Virus record (IMG/VR): IMGVR_UViG_3300042401_001499
DNA length: 64,000 nucleotides
Origin: a virus
Taxonomy: Duplodnaviria; Heunggongvirae; Uroviricota; Caudoviricetes
Reading direction: 5' to 3' (one strand)
The notes under the pieces are model-generated. The model saw only the letters and a program-made list of their open reading frames with translations, ran no database searches and had not been told where the DNA came from. Made by a program: the position numbers and the translations under genes. Shown in pieces: positions 30,639 to 38,063 of this stretch (its first letter is position 1; the number at the start of each line of letters is the position of its first letter).

Positions 30639-30844
30639 TGGTAGAAAAAGTAGGATTAGCAGTAATGGCAGCTTTAGGAGTTGCAGTACTAACAGCAGTA
30701 TTATTGGCTTGGCCAACACAGTGGCTTTGGAATAACGCTCTAGTAGGAGCAGTGGATGGAATCAATCCAATAGGATTTTGGCAAGCATTAGGACTTACAT
30801 TCCTTTGCAATATATTATTCAAATCAACATCAAATAGTAAATAA
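30638..30844 (+). CDS. Small two-TM membrane protein
   Basis: Hydrophobic helices LAVMAALGVAVLTAVLLAW and GFWQALGLTFLCNILF. Confidence 0.4.
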   Translation: MVEKVGLAVMAALGVAVLTAVLLAWPTQWLWNNALVGAVDGINPIGFWQALGLTFLCNILFKSTSNSK

Positions 30845-30845
30845 G

Positions 30846-31133
30846 ATGAAGACAAAAACAATTTTAAAAGCAATTGGATTTTTTATAGGATGGTTGTTAT
30901 CATTCCAATTAATAGGTGTGGGAACATATCTAATGAATCAACCAAGCAATCTTTCATTTACATTTGGAGTATTAGCAGCACTATCAACAATTGGAGCCAT
31001 AGGGTACTTTGCATGGAACTTAGGAGGGTACATGGGTAAGTTATCAAAGGAGTATCTAGAGAGTAAAGAAGTTAAGCAAGAAGAGCCTGAGCAAGAAGTA
31101 GAAGAAGAAGTTAAACAAGTTAAACAAGAATAG
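30846..31133 (+). CDS. Small membrane protein with acidic C-terminal tail
   Basis: Two transmembrane helices and an EEPEQEVEEEVKQ tail. Confidence 0.4.
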   Translation: MKTKTILKAIGFFIGWLLSFQLIGVGTYLMNQPSNLSFTFGVLAALSTIGAIGYFAWNLGGYMGKLSKEYLESKEVKQEEPEQEVEEEVKQVKQE

Positions 31134-31135
31134 TT

Positions 31136-31498
31136 ATGGTATTTTTAATAGTAGTTTTAGTAGTACTGCTGCTTATATTCACAATAGTACTGGGAATATT
31201 TTTAGCAGAGAATGACGGTATATTAGATGACCAAACCGTAAAAGATTATCTAGATAAATTAGGAGATAGCTTTAACGTATACATCTCAGAATACACTCAC
31301 AGAATAGATCCAACATATTCAGCAAATGTAAAGAAGAGTATTGAACAATCTCCTGCAGTAATTCGATTAGTTTTCCCATATCACATAGAGTATGTAGGAG
31401 CAATTCCAGCATGGAGTAAATCAAAGCCTAGAATTGATGCAATGTTTGGACAAGGAACAAAAAGCAATTGGAAGAGAAAAAAATTAGGATTAGAGTAG
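31136..31498 (+). CDS. N-terminally anchored membrane protein
   Basis: Transmembrane helix VFLIVVLVVLLLIFTIVLGIFLA. Confidence 0.4.
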   Translation: MVFLIVVLVVLLLIFTIVLGIFLAENDGILDDQTVKDYLDKLGDSFNVYISEYTHRIDPTYSANVKKSIEQSPAVIRLVFPYHIEYVGAIPAWSKSKPRIDAMFGQGTKSNWKRKKLGLE

Positions 31499-31518
31499 AT
31501 TTATCGAAGTAAGTTTCG

Positions 31519-31531
31519 TATCTTTAAGTAT
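31519..31531 (+). promoter_or_regulatory. Variant promoter -7 box (TATCTTTAAGTAT)
   Basis: Degenerate copy of the conserved -7/leader core. Gene ATG at 31580. Confidence 0.35.
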
Positions 31532-31579
31532 TATTAAAAACAAATAAAAGTAAACAATTAAATTTAAACAAAAGTAGTT

Positions 31580-32437
31580 ATGAACAGAATTTTAGTAGTA
31601 GTAGCGTTGATCTTAGTAACATTAGGATTAGCAGGGTCATGTAAGATTGCCGATTCGGCAGAAGTAGCATTAGTGGTAGATCAAATTGGAACCAATAAAG
31701 GAGTTCCCAACATTGAAATGGCAAGTGGATTTATTTTCTATTTCCCGCCAACACAAGATGTATTTATGTATCCAACATCAGTTCAACACAAGGTATGGAC
31801 AGCATCAGTAGATGAAGACTCTCCAACAGATGAGCATATTGATGTAACGTCAGCAGATGGAGCGACATTTGGATTAGATGTATCTATTAACTTACAATTG
31901 CAGAGAGCAAGAGCAGCTGAATTATTTATCAAGTATAGAGTTGATATGGAAGATCTAATTAATTCAAGAGTAAGAACTATAGTTAGAAAAGAGTTACTAG
32001 ACAATGCAGTTAACTTCGCTTCAGATAGTTTATTACAGCATAGAAATATCTATGAAGGTAATGTAACAAGATCTTTAACAGCTTCTTTAGAGAAGGAAGG
32101 ATTCACATTAAATAACATTGCAATTCTTAAAATGCAATTGCCTAAATCATATAAAGCAGCTATTGAAAGAAAGATTGCAGTATTACAAGAGACAGCAACT
32201 ATTATCTCTCAGACAAAGCAAGCAGAGCAGACAGCATTAAAGAAAGTAGCATTAGCAAAAGGTAACTATGAAGCAGCACAATATGATGCTAAAACAAAAG
32301 AAATCTTATCTCAACCTAAGTTATTAGAATTGTACAAAGCAGAGACAGCTAGAATAAGAGCTACCAATGGTACATCAGAGTATGGATCTAATAACGTCTT
32401 TGGATCTACATCAGGAATACTCTTGAATAGAAACTAA
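31580..32437 (+). CDS. SPFH/band-7 (prohibitin/HflC-like) domain lipoprotein
   Basis: Signal peptide plus lipobox LAGSC, then an SPFH core with a C-terminal coiled coil. Confidence 0.65.
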   Translation: MNRILVVVALILVTLGLAGSCKIADSAEVALVVDQIGTNKGVPNIEMASGFIFYFPPTQDVFMYPTSVQHKVWTASVDEDSPTDEHIDVTSADGATFGLDVSINLQLQRARAAELFIKYRVDMEDLINSRVRTIVRKELLDNAVNFASDSLLQHRNIYEGNVTRSLTASLEKEGFTLNNIAILKMQLPKSYKAAIERKIAVLQETATIISQTKQAEQTALKKVALAKGNYEAAQYDAKTKEILSQPKLLELYKAETARIRATNGTSEYGSNNVFGSTSGILLNRN

Positions 32438-32457
32438 AATATATTAAAAATAAATGT

Positions 32458-32487
32458 AAAAAGGCTTGCTTATGTGAGCCTTTTTTC
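32458..32487 (+). terminator. Rho-independent terminator
   Basis: AGGCT - 10-nt loop - AGCCT followed by TTTTTT. Confidence 0.55.
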
Positions 32488-32488
32488 T

Positions 32489-32501
32489 TATCTTTAAGTA
32501 T
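32489..32501 (+). promoter_or_regulatory. Variant promoter -7 box (TATCTTTAAGTAT)
   Basis: Same variant as at 31519. Directly follows a terminator and precedes a small ORF. Confidence 0.35.
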
Positions 32502-32523
32502 TAGAAACAAACAAATAAAGGTT

Positions 32524-32700
32524 ATGAAAGTACAAGATTTAAAAGCAGGTGATAAGTTTAAGATGAATGGACTATCAGTAAGCGGTAAGCAGACTAAGGT
32601 TAAATGCGAGATGATTAGATACAATGGAATGGATAAGTACATTGTAGTATGCCAGGGTATTAGTATATTGGTAGATGGTACTGATGAAGTCTCTGTATAA
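32524..32700 (+). CDS. Small hypothetical protein (58 aa)
   Basis: ATG at 32524 to TAA at 32698-32700. Not in the track. Preceded by the variant promoter. Confidence 0.35.
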   Translation: MKVQDLKAGDKFKMNGLSVSGKQTKVKCEMIRYNGMDKYIVVCQGISILVDGTDEVSV

Positions 32701-32821
32701 CTAAAGGATAAGAGCTATGACAGAAGAAGAGTTACAGGCATTACTTGATGAGGAAGAGAAATACATCAATGAATGGAGAGATAGTTTAACACAGGAGCAG
32801 ATTGATTCGATTTAAAAACTT

Positions 32822-32894
32822 AGGGGAGGGGGCGCAAGACTACTCACCGAAGGTGTCACGCGCAATTTCTCCCAACCTTCCAGGTTGTTGGAGG
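32822..32894 (+). repeat. GC-rich conserved element, copy 2, plus adjacent bulged hairpin
   Basis: AGGGGAGGGGGCG ... CTCACCGAAGGTGTCACGCGCAA is identical to copy 1. It is followed by the stem TCTCCCAACC / GGTTGTTGGAG. Confidence 0.6.
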
Positions 32895-32915
32895 TAAAAT
32901 CTAAATAAAAACTAT

Positions 32916-33170
32916 ATGAAAACAATTTACAAGTACGAATTAAGATCACAAGATGCTAGTATAAAGCTTCCTCTAGGGGCAGAGATACTTACAGTACAGA
33001 TTCAAGACGGTAGGCCAATGATATGGGCTTTAGTAGATCCAGAGAATGTATTAGTGGATAGATTTATATCCATTGTAGGTACAGGATGGCAAGTAGAGGA
33101 CAATACGAAATATATTTGTACATTCATGGAAGGATATTTTGTGTGGCATGTATTTGAAATGATACAATAG
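32916..33170 (+). CDS. Hypothetical protein
   Basis: ORF only. Confidence 0.4.
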   Translation: MKTIYKYELRSQDASIKLPLGAEILTVQIQDGRPMIWALVDPENVLVDRFISIVGTGWQVEDNTKYICTFMEGYFVWHVFEMIQ

Positions 33171-33298
33171 TATGAAAGTAATCTATATGGAAAGAACTAT
33201 TGCTCTTATGTTACATGAAAGAGCCAAAGAGACAGAGATATTAATAGCCTCAGGAGAGGTTAAGAAGTCAGAACAAGGAGTTAATTATTTACTAACAA

Positions 33299-33493
33299 TT
33301 GAAGAGGATGGTGATAGTATTGTATCAGAAGAAGTATAAGGGGATGAAGGTCATGTTCAATTCTAGAAAAGGAAGCGGGATGATAATAGAGGGGATAGCC
33401 GTACAAGAGGTACCGGAACTAGATGTAGTAATTCTCAGAGATAGAGAAAACTTCTCACATGCAGTAAGTAAGAATTCAATAACAGAGATATGA
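33299..33493 (+). CDS. Hypothetical protein
   Basis: ORF only. Confidence 0.35.
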   Translation: MKRMVIVLYQKKYKGMKVMFNSRKGSGMIIEGIAVQEVPELDVVILRDRENFSHAVSKNSITEI

Positions 33494-33696
33494 AAAAGTT
33501 ACTTTGGATATTGTATTGGAGACTTACAGGAATGATAGGGTATACAATCGTCCTTAGCGATTGGTATGATCCGGAAACATTTACATTAAAGAGAAAGAAC
33601 AGTCACATGACCTTTCTCAAGATTCTAAGTAAGGAGGATGCAAACGGACATAGAAAAATAAAGGAAGTATTTAAAATACAAATAAGAAAGATATGA
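33490..33696 (+). CDS. Hypothetical protein
   Basis: ORF only. Confidence 0.35.
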   Translation: MKKLLWILYWRLTGMIGYTIVLSDWYDPETFTLKRKNSHMTFLKILSKEDANGHRKIKEVFKIQIRKI

Positions 33697-33842
33697 AAGA
33701 AATAACAATCAAAGATGTTTTTAATAAGGAGAAAGCCCAGGAAATAAAAACAACCTTAGATGAGATAAAAAGGCTTAGAAATGAAAATAAAATACTCAGA
33801 GAGGAATTAGAATACGAAAAAAGAAAGAACATTATAAAATAA
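33693..33842 (+). CDS. Small coiled-coil protein (49 aa)
   Basis: ATG at 33693 to TAA at 33840-33842. Fills a gap in an otherwise gap-free gene string. Not in the track. Confidence 0.3.
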   Translation: MKEITIKDVFNKEKAQEIKTTLDEIKRLRNENKILREELEYEKRKNIIK

Positions 33843-33847
33843 TAGAG

Positions 33848-34045
33848 ATGATAAAGACTAGAATGGTTATAATGAAAGGAGGTCATACAGAATATGATTT
33901 CGAAACAGAGATTATAAAGCCTAGAATAGGGGAGTTAATCTCCATAGGAGGTAATCATTATGAAGTAAAATTCATACAATACCTCTTTGATGATGAAAAA
34001 CAATTCAAACATATACTTGTAACAGCAATAAATGGAGGAAGATGA
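33848..34045 (+). CDS. Hypothetical protein
   Basis: ORF only. Confidence 0.35.
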   Translation: MIKTRMVIMKGGHTEYDFETEIIKPRIGELISIGGNHYEVKFIQYLFDDEKQFKHILVTAINGGR

Positions 34046-34302
34046 CAGTTAAAGAACTAATTGAAAGTCTAAGTAAGATAGAAGACAAGGACATAAGAGT
34101 AATAGTAAGTGGATATGAAGGAGGCGTAGATGATATAGTAATAGGAAACGGTATAGATAATAGTACTATAGTAATTCCAGCAATCATACATGTAGCCTTA
34201 GATGTAAATAAAGAATGGTATTACGGTAAACATAAAAGAGTAGATGATATGTATGGAGCGACTAATAGTGAATACCATATAGTAAAGGCAATTATACTAT
34301 AG
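34042..34302 (+). CDS. Hypothetical protein
   Basis: ORF only. Confidence 0.35.
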   Translation: MTVKELIESLSKIEDKDIRVIVSGYEGGVDDIVIGNGIDNSTIVIPAIIHVALDVNKEWYYGKHKRVDDMYGATNSEYHIVKAIIL

Positions 34303-34305
34303 AGA

Positions 34306-34396
34306 TACCCATTCATAGACCCGTTTACATACCCGTTTACATACCCAATTCGTTACCCATTTGTAACCCGTTTCTGTCCCCGTTTCATACCCATAC
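34306..34396 (+). repeat. Iteron array A: 8 copies of ACCC(G/A)TTT-like motif at ~12-bp phasing
   Basis: ACCC cores at 34307, 34319, 34331, 34343, 34355, 34366, 34379 and 34389. The region is non-coding. Confidence 0.7.
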
Positions 34397-34682
34397 ATAC
34401 ATGCATGTCACGTACGGAAGATACCTGGAGAGACATAGAGAGAACTACTGAGATACAATAAGAAAAGGTAAGACTTTGATTAAACATAAAGAGTAGTAAA
34501 ACCCTTTGAAGAGTATAAAGACATATAGTACTAGGTATGAAAAGGTACTGTAAAGGATATACGATGTGTAAGAAAAGAATAAAGGCACGGTAAAATAAAG
34601 TAAGGAAAAATGTGGGGACTGTGTCTCCTTATTACTTTTTTTTCTATATAGAGATAATCTATTGTCTATAGTGTAAGGAGAT

Positions 34683-34867
34683 ACCCGATTTCGATACCCA
34701 TTTGGTACCCGTTCCTATAGGCGACAGGGAGAGAGTGTAAGGAAAAACCCGTTCTAGCTACCCGTTTGTAACCCGTCCTGTTACCCGACCTAGTAACCCG
34801 TTTGGAAACCCCTCTAGTGACCCGGTTGAGACCCGTTTCTTTCCCCGTTTTCTACCCCCTTCGGGGG
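34683..34867 (+). repeat. Iteron array B: ~13 copies of (T/A)ACCCG(T)TT motif at 11-13-bp phasing, ending in a CCCCC-TTC-GGGGG hairpin
   Basis: ACCC cores at 34683, 34696, 34707, 34747, 34760, 34771, 34783, 34796, 34808, 34820, 34831, 34843 and 34854. Confidence 0.7.
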
Positions 34868-34884
34868 AAATAACTTAAAATAAA

Positions 34885-34921
34885 GTTGCCTAACATAACT
34901 ATTGTTCGTATCTTTAGGTAT
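34885..34921 (+). promoter_or_regulatory. Conserved phage promoter, copy 4 (TATCTTTAGGTAT variant)
   Basis: AGTTGCCTAACATAACTATTGTTCGTATCTTTAGGTAT immediately right of the iterons. Confidence 0.55.
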
Positions 34922-34942
34922 AAAGATAAAAAAACAGACACT

Positions 34943-35155
34943 ATGAGAACAATGAGAACAGAGAAGGTAGCAGAATGGTTAGGAAATCAAGGAATGGTTG
35001 AGGCTAAGGCTAACTTACTCAGCACCTTTGGTCATATGGAGAATATTGACTACGGAGGAATAGAAGGTTTCTTGTATATCTATTATAAAGACTTTGCTGG
35101 GGATGTTTTCCTCTCTATGCAGTGTCAGGTTTCTACAACTCTAACCTTTGATTAA
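34943..35155 (+). CDS. Hypothetical protein (start moved to ATG 34943)
   Basis: Track ORF 34886 starts inside the promoter. First ATG after the leader is in frame. Confidence 0.4.
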   Translation: MRTMRTEKVAEWLGNQGMVEAKANLLSTFGHMENIDYGGIEGFLYIYYKDFAGDVFLSMQCQVSTTLTFD

Positions 35156-35269
35156 ACACTATGAAGACAATTCAATTTACCATGCAAGAGAGATGGGCTG
35201 CCTCACGGCATACCGTACAGAAGTCTAAGAAGACCTACAACAGGAAGGAGAAGCACTCCTCAAAGAAAC

Positions 35270-35297
35270 AGGGGCCTCAAAAGGGTCCCTTTTATTA
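35270..35297 (+). terminator. Rho-independent terminator
   Basis: AGGGGCC - loop - GGTCCCT (7 bp including one G-U) followed by TTTTATTA. Confidence 0.45.
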
Positions 35298-35465
35298 TAC
35301 CTAAAGCTTTGCTTTAAGTGCCAGGACCAGTTAAAGCATCACTTTAAGTTAAAGCATCACTTTAAGTGGGTATGAAACAGTAGTGTGTATTACCTACTAC
35401 AGAATATAAGGTACCGGCCCGTCTACTCTTCCGACTCTCTTTCAAGATCAGGCCCCTTATCCTTC
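35298..35465 (-). ncRNA. Putative non-coding RNA transcribed leftward from the minus-strand promoter
   Basis: A full-consensus promoter on the minus strand points into ~170 nt. That stretch has no ORF longer than 3 codons on either strand and contains the 18-mer tandem repeat. Confidence 0.3.
35331..35366. repeat. Perfect tandem duplication of an 18-mer (TTAAAGCATCACTTTAAG x2)
   Basis: Exact direct repeat. Lies inside the antisense transcript region. Confidence 0.8.
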
Positions 35466-35469
35466 TAAC

Positions 35470-35507
35470 ATACCTAAAGATACGAACATAACTCCTCTCT
35501 AGCAACT
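35470..35507 (-). promoter_or_regulatory. Conserved phage promoter, minus-strand copy (only one in the window)
   Basis: The reverse complement reads AGTTGCTAGAGAGGAGTTATGTTCGTATCTTTAGGTATG. Confidence 0.55.
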
Positions 35508-35556
35508 ATTTTTACATTTATTTTGTTATTAATAATGAATATAAATAACGTACAGG

Positions 35557-35593
35557 AGTTGCCTCCTATGTACTTATTCCTTATCTTTAGGTA
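35557..35593 (+). promoter_or_regulatory. Conserved phage promoter, copy 6
   Basis: AGTTGCC ... CTTATCTTTAGGTATCAATAATTAAAACA. Gene ATG at 35618. Confidence 0.55.
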
Positions 35594-35617
35594 TCAATAA
35601 TTAAAACAATAAAGGTC

Positions 35618-35872
35618 ATGACTAAATCAGAAACATTCAAATTACATTTTCCAGAGTTTAAAGGAGTGGTACATTTCTTCACCTCAGATTGTGAGCAATT
35701 AAACTTTATAGATGTACCTAATGATACAGTTGAATTCACTACTTCTTTTACATTGAGTTGTGGATGTTGTTCTGACTTTGATCAGAGAGAGGGATCTCTA
35801 AGTCATATCATGGATCTTATGAGTGGAGGTGAATTTGTAGAACTTTTATCAATAGTAAATAATTTAAAATAA
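35618..35872 (+). CDS. Hypothetical small protein
   Basis: ORF behind a promoter copy. Confidence 0.45.
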   Translation: MTKSETFKLHFPEFKGVVHFFTSDCEQLNFIDVPNDTVEFTTSFTLSCGCCSDFDQREGSLSHIMDLMSGGEFVELLSIVNNLK

Positions 35873-35873
35873 A

Positions 35874-35910
35874 GTTGCTTAATTAAATTATAGTTCATAT
35901 ATTTAGGTAT
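35874..35910 (+). promoter_or_regulatory. Conserved phage promoter, copy 7
   Basis: AAATAAAGTTGC ... TAGTTCATATATTTAGGTAT. Confidence 0.6.
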
Positions 35911-35933
35911 CAATAATTAAAACGACATATATT

Positions 35934-36149
35934 ATGAATGCAATTTACAAATGTGAGGATTTTAAAATCGAAAATGGAGTATTAACAATATGGGGAGCTG
36001 AGCTAATAGGAATGGCTGCATCTGTTAATGATTTCAATAAGGTATATGAAATATTTTGTAAGGGTAAAGGAATCCTTCCTAATGGATTAATATGTCCAGC
36101 ATTATATTGTGAACAAAGGGAAATTAATATTGTGGTATTTGAAAAATAA
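35934..36149 (+). CDS. Hypothetical small protein
   Basis: ORF behind a promoter copy. Confidence 0.45.
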   Translation: MNAIYKCEDFKIENGVLTIWGAELIGMAASVNDFNKVYEIFCKGKGILPNGLICPALYCEQREINIVVFEK

Positions 36150-36150
36150 A

Positions 36151-36187
36151 GTTGCTCGTTTAAATTAAAGTTCATATATTTAGGTAT
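36151..36187 (+). promoter_or_regulatory. Conserved phage promoter, copy 8
   Basis: Consensus copy. Confidence 0.6.
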
Positions 36188-36210
36188 CAATAATTAAAAC
36201 GACATATATC

Positions 36211-36606
36211 ATGGTAAACAAAATTAAAGGATTAACAGTAGTAGACTTCATCGGAGGTAGAAAAGGTATCTTCCAGGCCATTACAAAAGTACCAGCAGGC
36301 TTTATGATAGCCTATGAGATAGGTACAGAATTACCTTCTCTTGATAGATGGAAGAAAGGAGCTCTTCAGACTATCCAATTTAAAGCTGAAGGAACTAGCC
36401 ATTGGACAACAGTATTTGCTAAGAAAGGCACAAAGGTAATCTTATTGGATCAGTCTTTGGCTGAGACTATAGAGGTAGGAACAATCAATTCTTTATTCTA
36501 CAATACAAATCTAATGGATCACAATCAGTATCAAGCTGTAAAGGCTAAGACATGGGCAGATAAAGTATTTGTAGTGAATGAAAATAATTTAGAAAAAGTT
36601 GTATAA
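36211..36606 (+). CDS. Hypothetical protein
   Basis: ORF behind a promoter copy. Confidence 0.45.
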   Translation: MVNKIKGLTVVDFIGGRKGIFQAITKVPAGFMIAYEIGTELPSLDRWKKGALQTIQFKAEGTSHWTTVFAKKGTKVILLDQSLAETIEVGTINSLFYNTNLMDHNQYQAVKAKTWADKVFVVNENNLEKVV

Positions 36607-36609
36607 ATA

Positions 36610-36646
36610 GTTGCTCGTTTAAATTATAGTTCATATATTTAGGTAT
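36610..36646 (+). promoter_or_regulatory. Conserved phage promoter, copy 9
   Basis: Consensus copy. Confidence 0.6.
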
Positions 36647-36668
36647 CAATAATTAAAACAATATAGAA

Positions 36669-36905
36669 ATGGAAAATCAAGAAATTAAAGATTATGTTTT
36701 AGATTTTATTTTTGATGATATGGATGTATTTGAAGATTGTACTTCAAAGAAATCTTTCATTGAACTTGCTATTACTATTTTAGATGCAAATCTTTTAGCT
36801 GAGTTTGATTTCAAGGGGGAAGATTTAAGCCAAGATCTCCAATATGAATTCTTAGAAGGGGTAAAAGTTGAATGGAAAATATTTAAAAAATTAAATGGAT
36901 TATAG
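36669..36905 (+). CDS. Hypothetical acidic small protein
   Basis: ORF behind a promoter copy. Confidence 0.45.
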   Translation: MENQEIKDYVLDFIFDDMDVFEDCTSKKSFIELAITILDANLLAEFDFKGEDLSQDLQYEFLEGVKVEWKIFKKLNGL

Positions 36906-36941
36906 TTGTTTAATTGAATCTTAGTTCGTATATTTAGGTAT
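36905..36941 (+). promoter_or_regulatory. Conserved phage promoter, copy 10
   Basis: Consensus copy with GTTGT at -33. Confidence 0.55.
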
Positions 36942-36964
36942 CAATAATTAAAACAATATAAACT

Positions 36965-37246
36965 ATGGGTTATTCTTCAATGTTATTAGGGAAAGGTTTT
37001 GACCAGCCTTATCGTTCAGTTAAAGAAATTGTTAGTTTTCTTCAAACTTCAAATTACCAAACAGAATCTCAAATACAAGAAAAAGTATTTGGTTACTTCA
37101 GAAATTCAACTTGGGAATCAAATAAGAAATATGCCGACATGTTGAGAAGAGGTTTGGAAAAAGGACTGTATAAGAGAATCCTATGGAAAAAGAAATCTGA
37201 TAGTAGAAATCTATACTACTATTATGTTGTAAATAAATCAAAATAA
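36965..37246 (+). CDS. Hypothetical protein
   Basis: ORF behind a promoter copy. Confidence 0.45.
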   Translation: MGYSSMLLGKGFDQPYRSVKEIVSFLQTSNYQTESQIQEKVFGYFRNSTWESNKKYADMLRRGLEKGLYKRILWKKKSDSRNLYYYYVVNKSK

Positions 37247-37247
37247 A

Positions 37248-37284
37248 GTTGCTCGTTTAAATTTTTATTCATATATTTAGGTAT
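37248..37284 (+). promoter_or_regulatory. Conserved phage promoter, copy 11
   Basis: Consensus copy. Confidence 0.6.
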
Positions 37285-37307
37285 CAATAATTAAAACATA
37301 TAAAAAC

Positions 37308-37580
37308 ATGGGAAATTTATTATCGACTGCAAAACAAGTATTAATTGACGGGGCTATTGAATTGTATGAAATGAGAAGATCAGATTTAGATTTTGATGTT
37401 CTTTCATATGAAAATCATTATCGAAATCTTGGAAGTTTAATTTTTCAAATCGATTCTTATAATTCATTAGGAGATATCTTAAATGATATGGAAAATGATA
37501 ATCTTCAGGAATTGGGATATTTCGGAGCTGATGAGTTTTTAATTGAAGAATTTTTAAAAGCTGTTAGAGAAAGTATTTAA
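37308..37580 (+). CDS. Hypothetical protein
   Basis: ORF behind a promoter copy. Confidence 0.45.
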   Translation: MGNLLSTAKQVLIDGAIELYEMRRSDLDFDVLSYENHYRNLGSLIFQIDSYNSLGDILNDMENDNLQELGYFGADEFLIEEFLKAVRESI

Positions 37581-37587
37581 AAAAATA

Positions 37588-37624
37588 GTTGCCTCTTCGG
37601 AGGCAATTTACTATCTTTAGGTAT
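37588..37624 (+). promoter_or_regulatory. Conserved phage promoter, copy 12, with embedded UUCG-tetraloop hairpin
   Basis: GTTGCCTCTTCGGAGGC ... TATCTTTAGGTATCATTAATTAAAACA. GCCTC-TTCG-GAGGC at 37591-37604. Confidence 0.55.
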
Positions 37625-37647
37625 CATTAATTAAAACAATATAAGTT

Positions 37648-37746
37648 ATGGAAGATGCAAATAAATTTTACGAGTGGATGTTAAAGATTAAAAGTATTCA
37701 TTTGGCTGACAATAATAAGATGGCTAAGGCTTTCGAAAAGTTTTCT
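37648..37746 (+). CDS. Tiny ORF (32 aa) behind a promoter copy
   Basis: Only ORF between this promoter and the tRNA-like elements. May be non-functional. Confidence 0.2.
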
Positions 37747-37761
37747 GAGAAATAAATAATA

Positions 37762-37864
37762 TTTGTTGTGTGGCGAAATTGGTATACGCTAAATCACCTC
37801 AAGTAGAATAGCCGGTAGACGTGGGTGACGTGCAAAGGCGTGAGGGTTCGAGTCCCTTCACAAC
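37762..37864 (+). other. tRNA-like element 1 (acceptor, D-arm and T-arm recognisable; 71-nt central segment with no canonical anticodon arm)
   Basis: TGTTGTG ... GCG-AAATTGGTATA-CGC ... GAGGG-TTCGAGT-CCCTT-CACAACA-T. The 7-bp acceptor pairs perfectly and the T-loop is canonical GTTCGAGTC. Confidence 0.35.
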
Positions 37865-37914
37865 ATCAAAATAATTAGCTTAGTCTGCATTAATTATTTG
37901 GATCTGCAGGTCCA

Positions 37915-37975
37915 GGAGAGGTCTGGTTAAAGTGGGCAGTGCCAACACAGGAAGTTCGAATCTTCCCTCTCCACA
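37915..37975 (+). other. tRNA-like element 2 (T-arm GGAAG-TTCGAAT-CTTCC plus 6-7-bp acceptor; about 61 nt, too short for a canonical tRNA)
   Basis: AGGAGAG ... CTG-GTTAAAGTGGG-CAG ... GGAAGTTCGAATCTTCC-CTCTCCA-C. Confidence 0.3.
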
Positions 37976-38003
37976 AAATAAATTAAAAATAAATAATAAA
38001 ATA

Positions 38004-38040
38004 GTTGTTAGATTAAATTAATGTTCGTATATTTAGGTAT
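38004..38040 (+). promoter_or_regulatory. Conserved phage promoter, copy 13
   Basis: Consensus copy. Confidence 0.6.
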
Positions 38041-38063
38041 CAATAATTAAAACATATAACATT

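Larger units (their letters stand above)
34303..34880. other. Putative origin of replication (two phased iteron arrays flanking an AT-rich / palindromic core)
   Basis: ~580-bp ORF-free segment with about 21 phased iterons. Central T9 / TATATAGAGATA AT-rich tract and CATGCATGTCACGTACG palindromes. Ends with a GC hairpin. Confidence 0.5.

Noticed and set aside
34886-34942. Track start of ORF 34886-35155 (MPNITIVRIFRYKDKK...)
   Set aside because: The first 19 codons are the promoter and leader sequence itself (AGTTGCC...TATCTTTAGGTAT...). ATG 34943 is the first start codon after the leader.
35161-35313. 50-codon basic ORF (MKTIQFTMQERWAAS...)
   Set aside because: It overlaps the terminator hairpin at 35270-35297 and lies in the antisense-transcript region. 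It has no promoter copy or recognisable features.
37762-37975. Calling two canonical tRNA genes with anticodons
   Set aside because: Exhaustive manual search found no 5-bp/7-nt/5-bp anticodon arm in element 1, and element 2 is about 15 nt too short. They are reported only as tRNA-like elements pending tRNAscan/ARAGORN.
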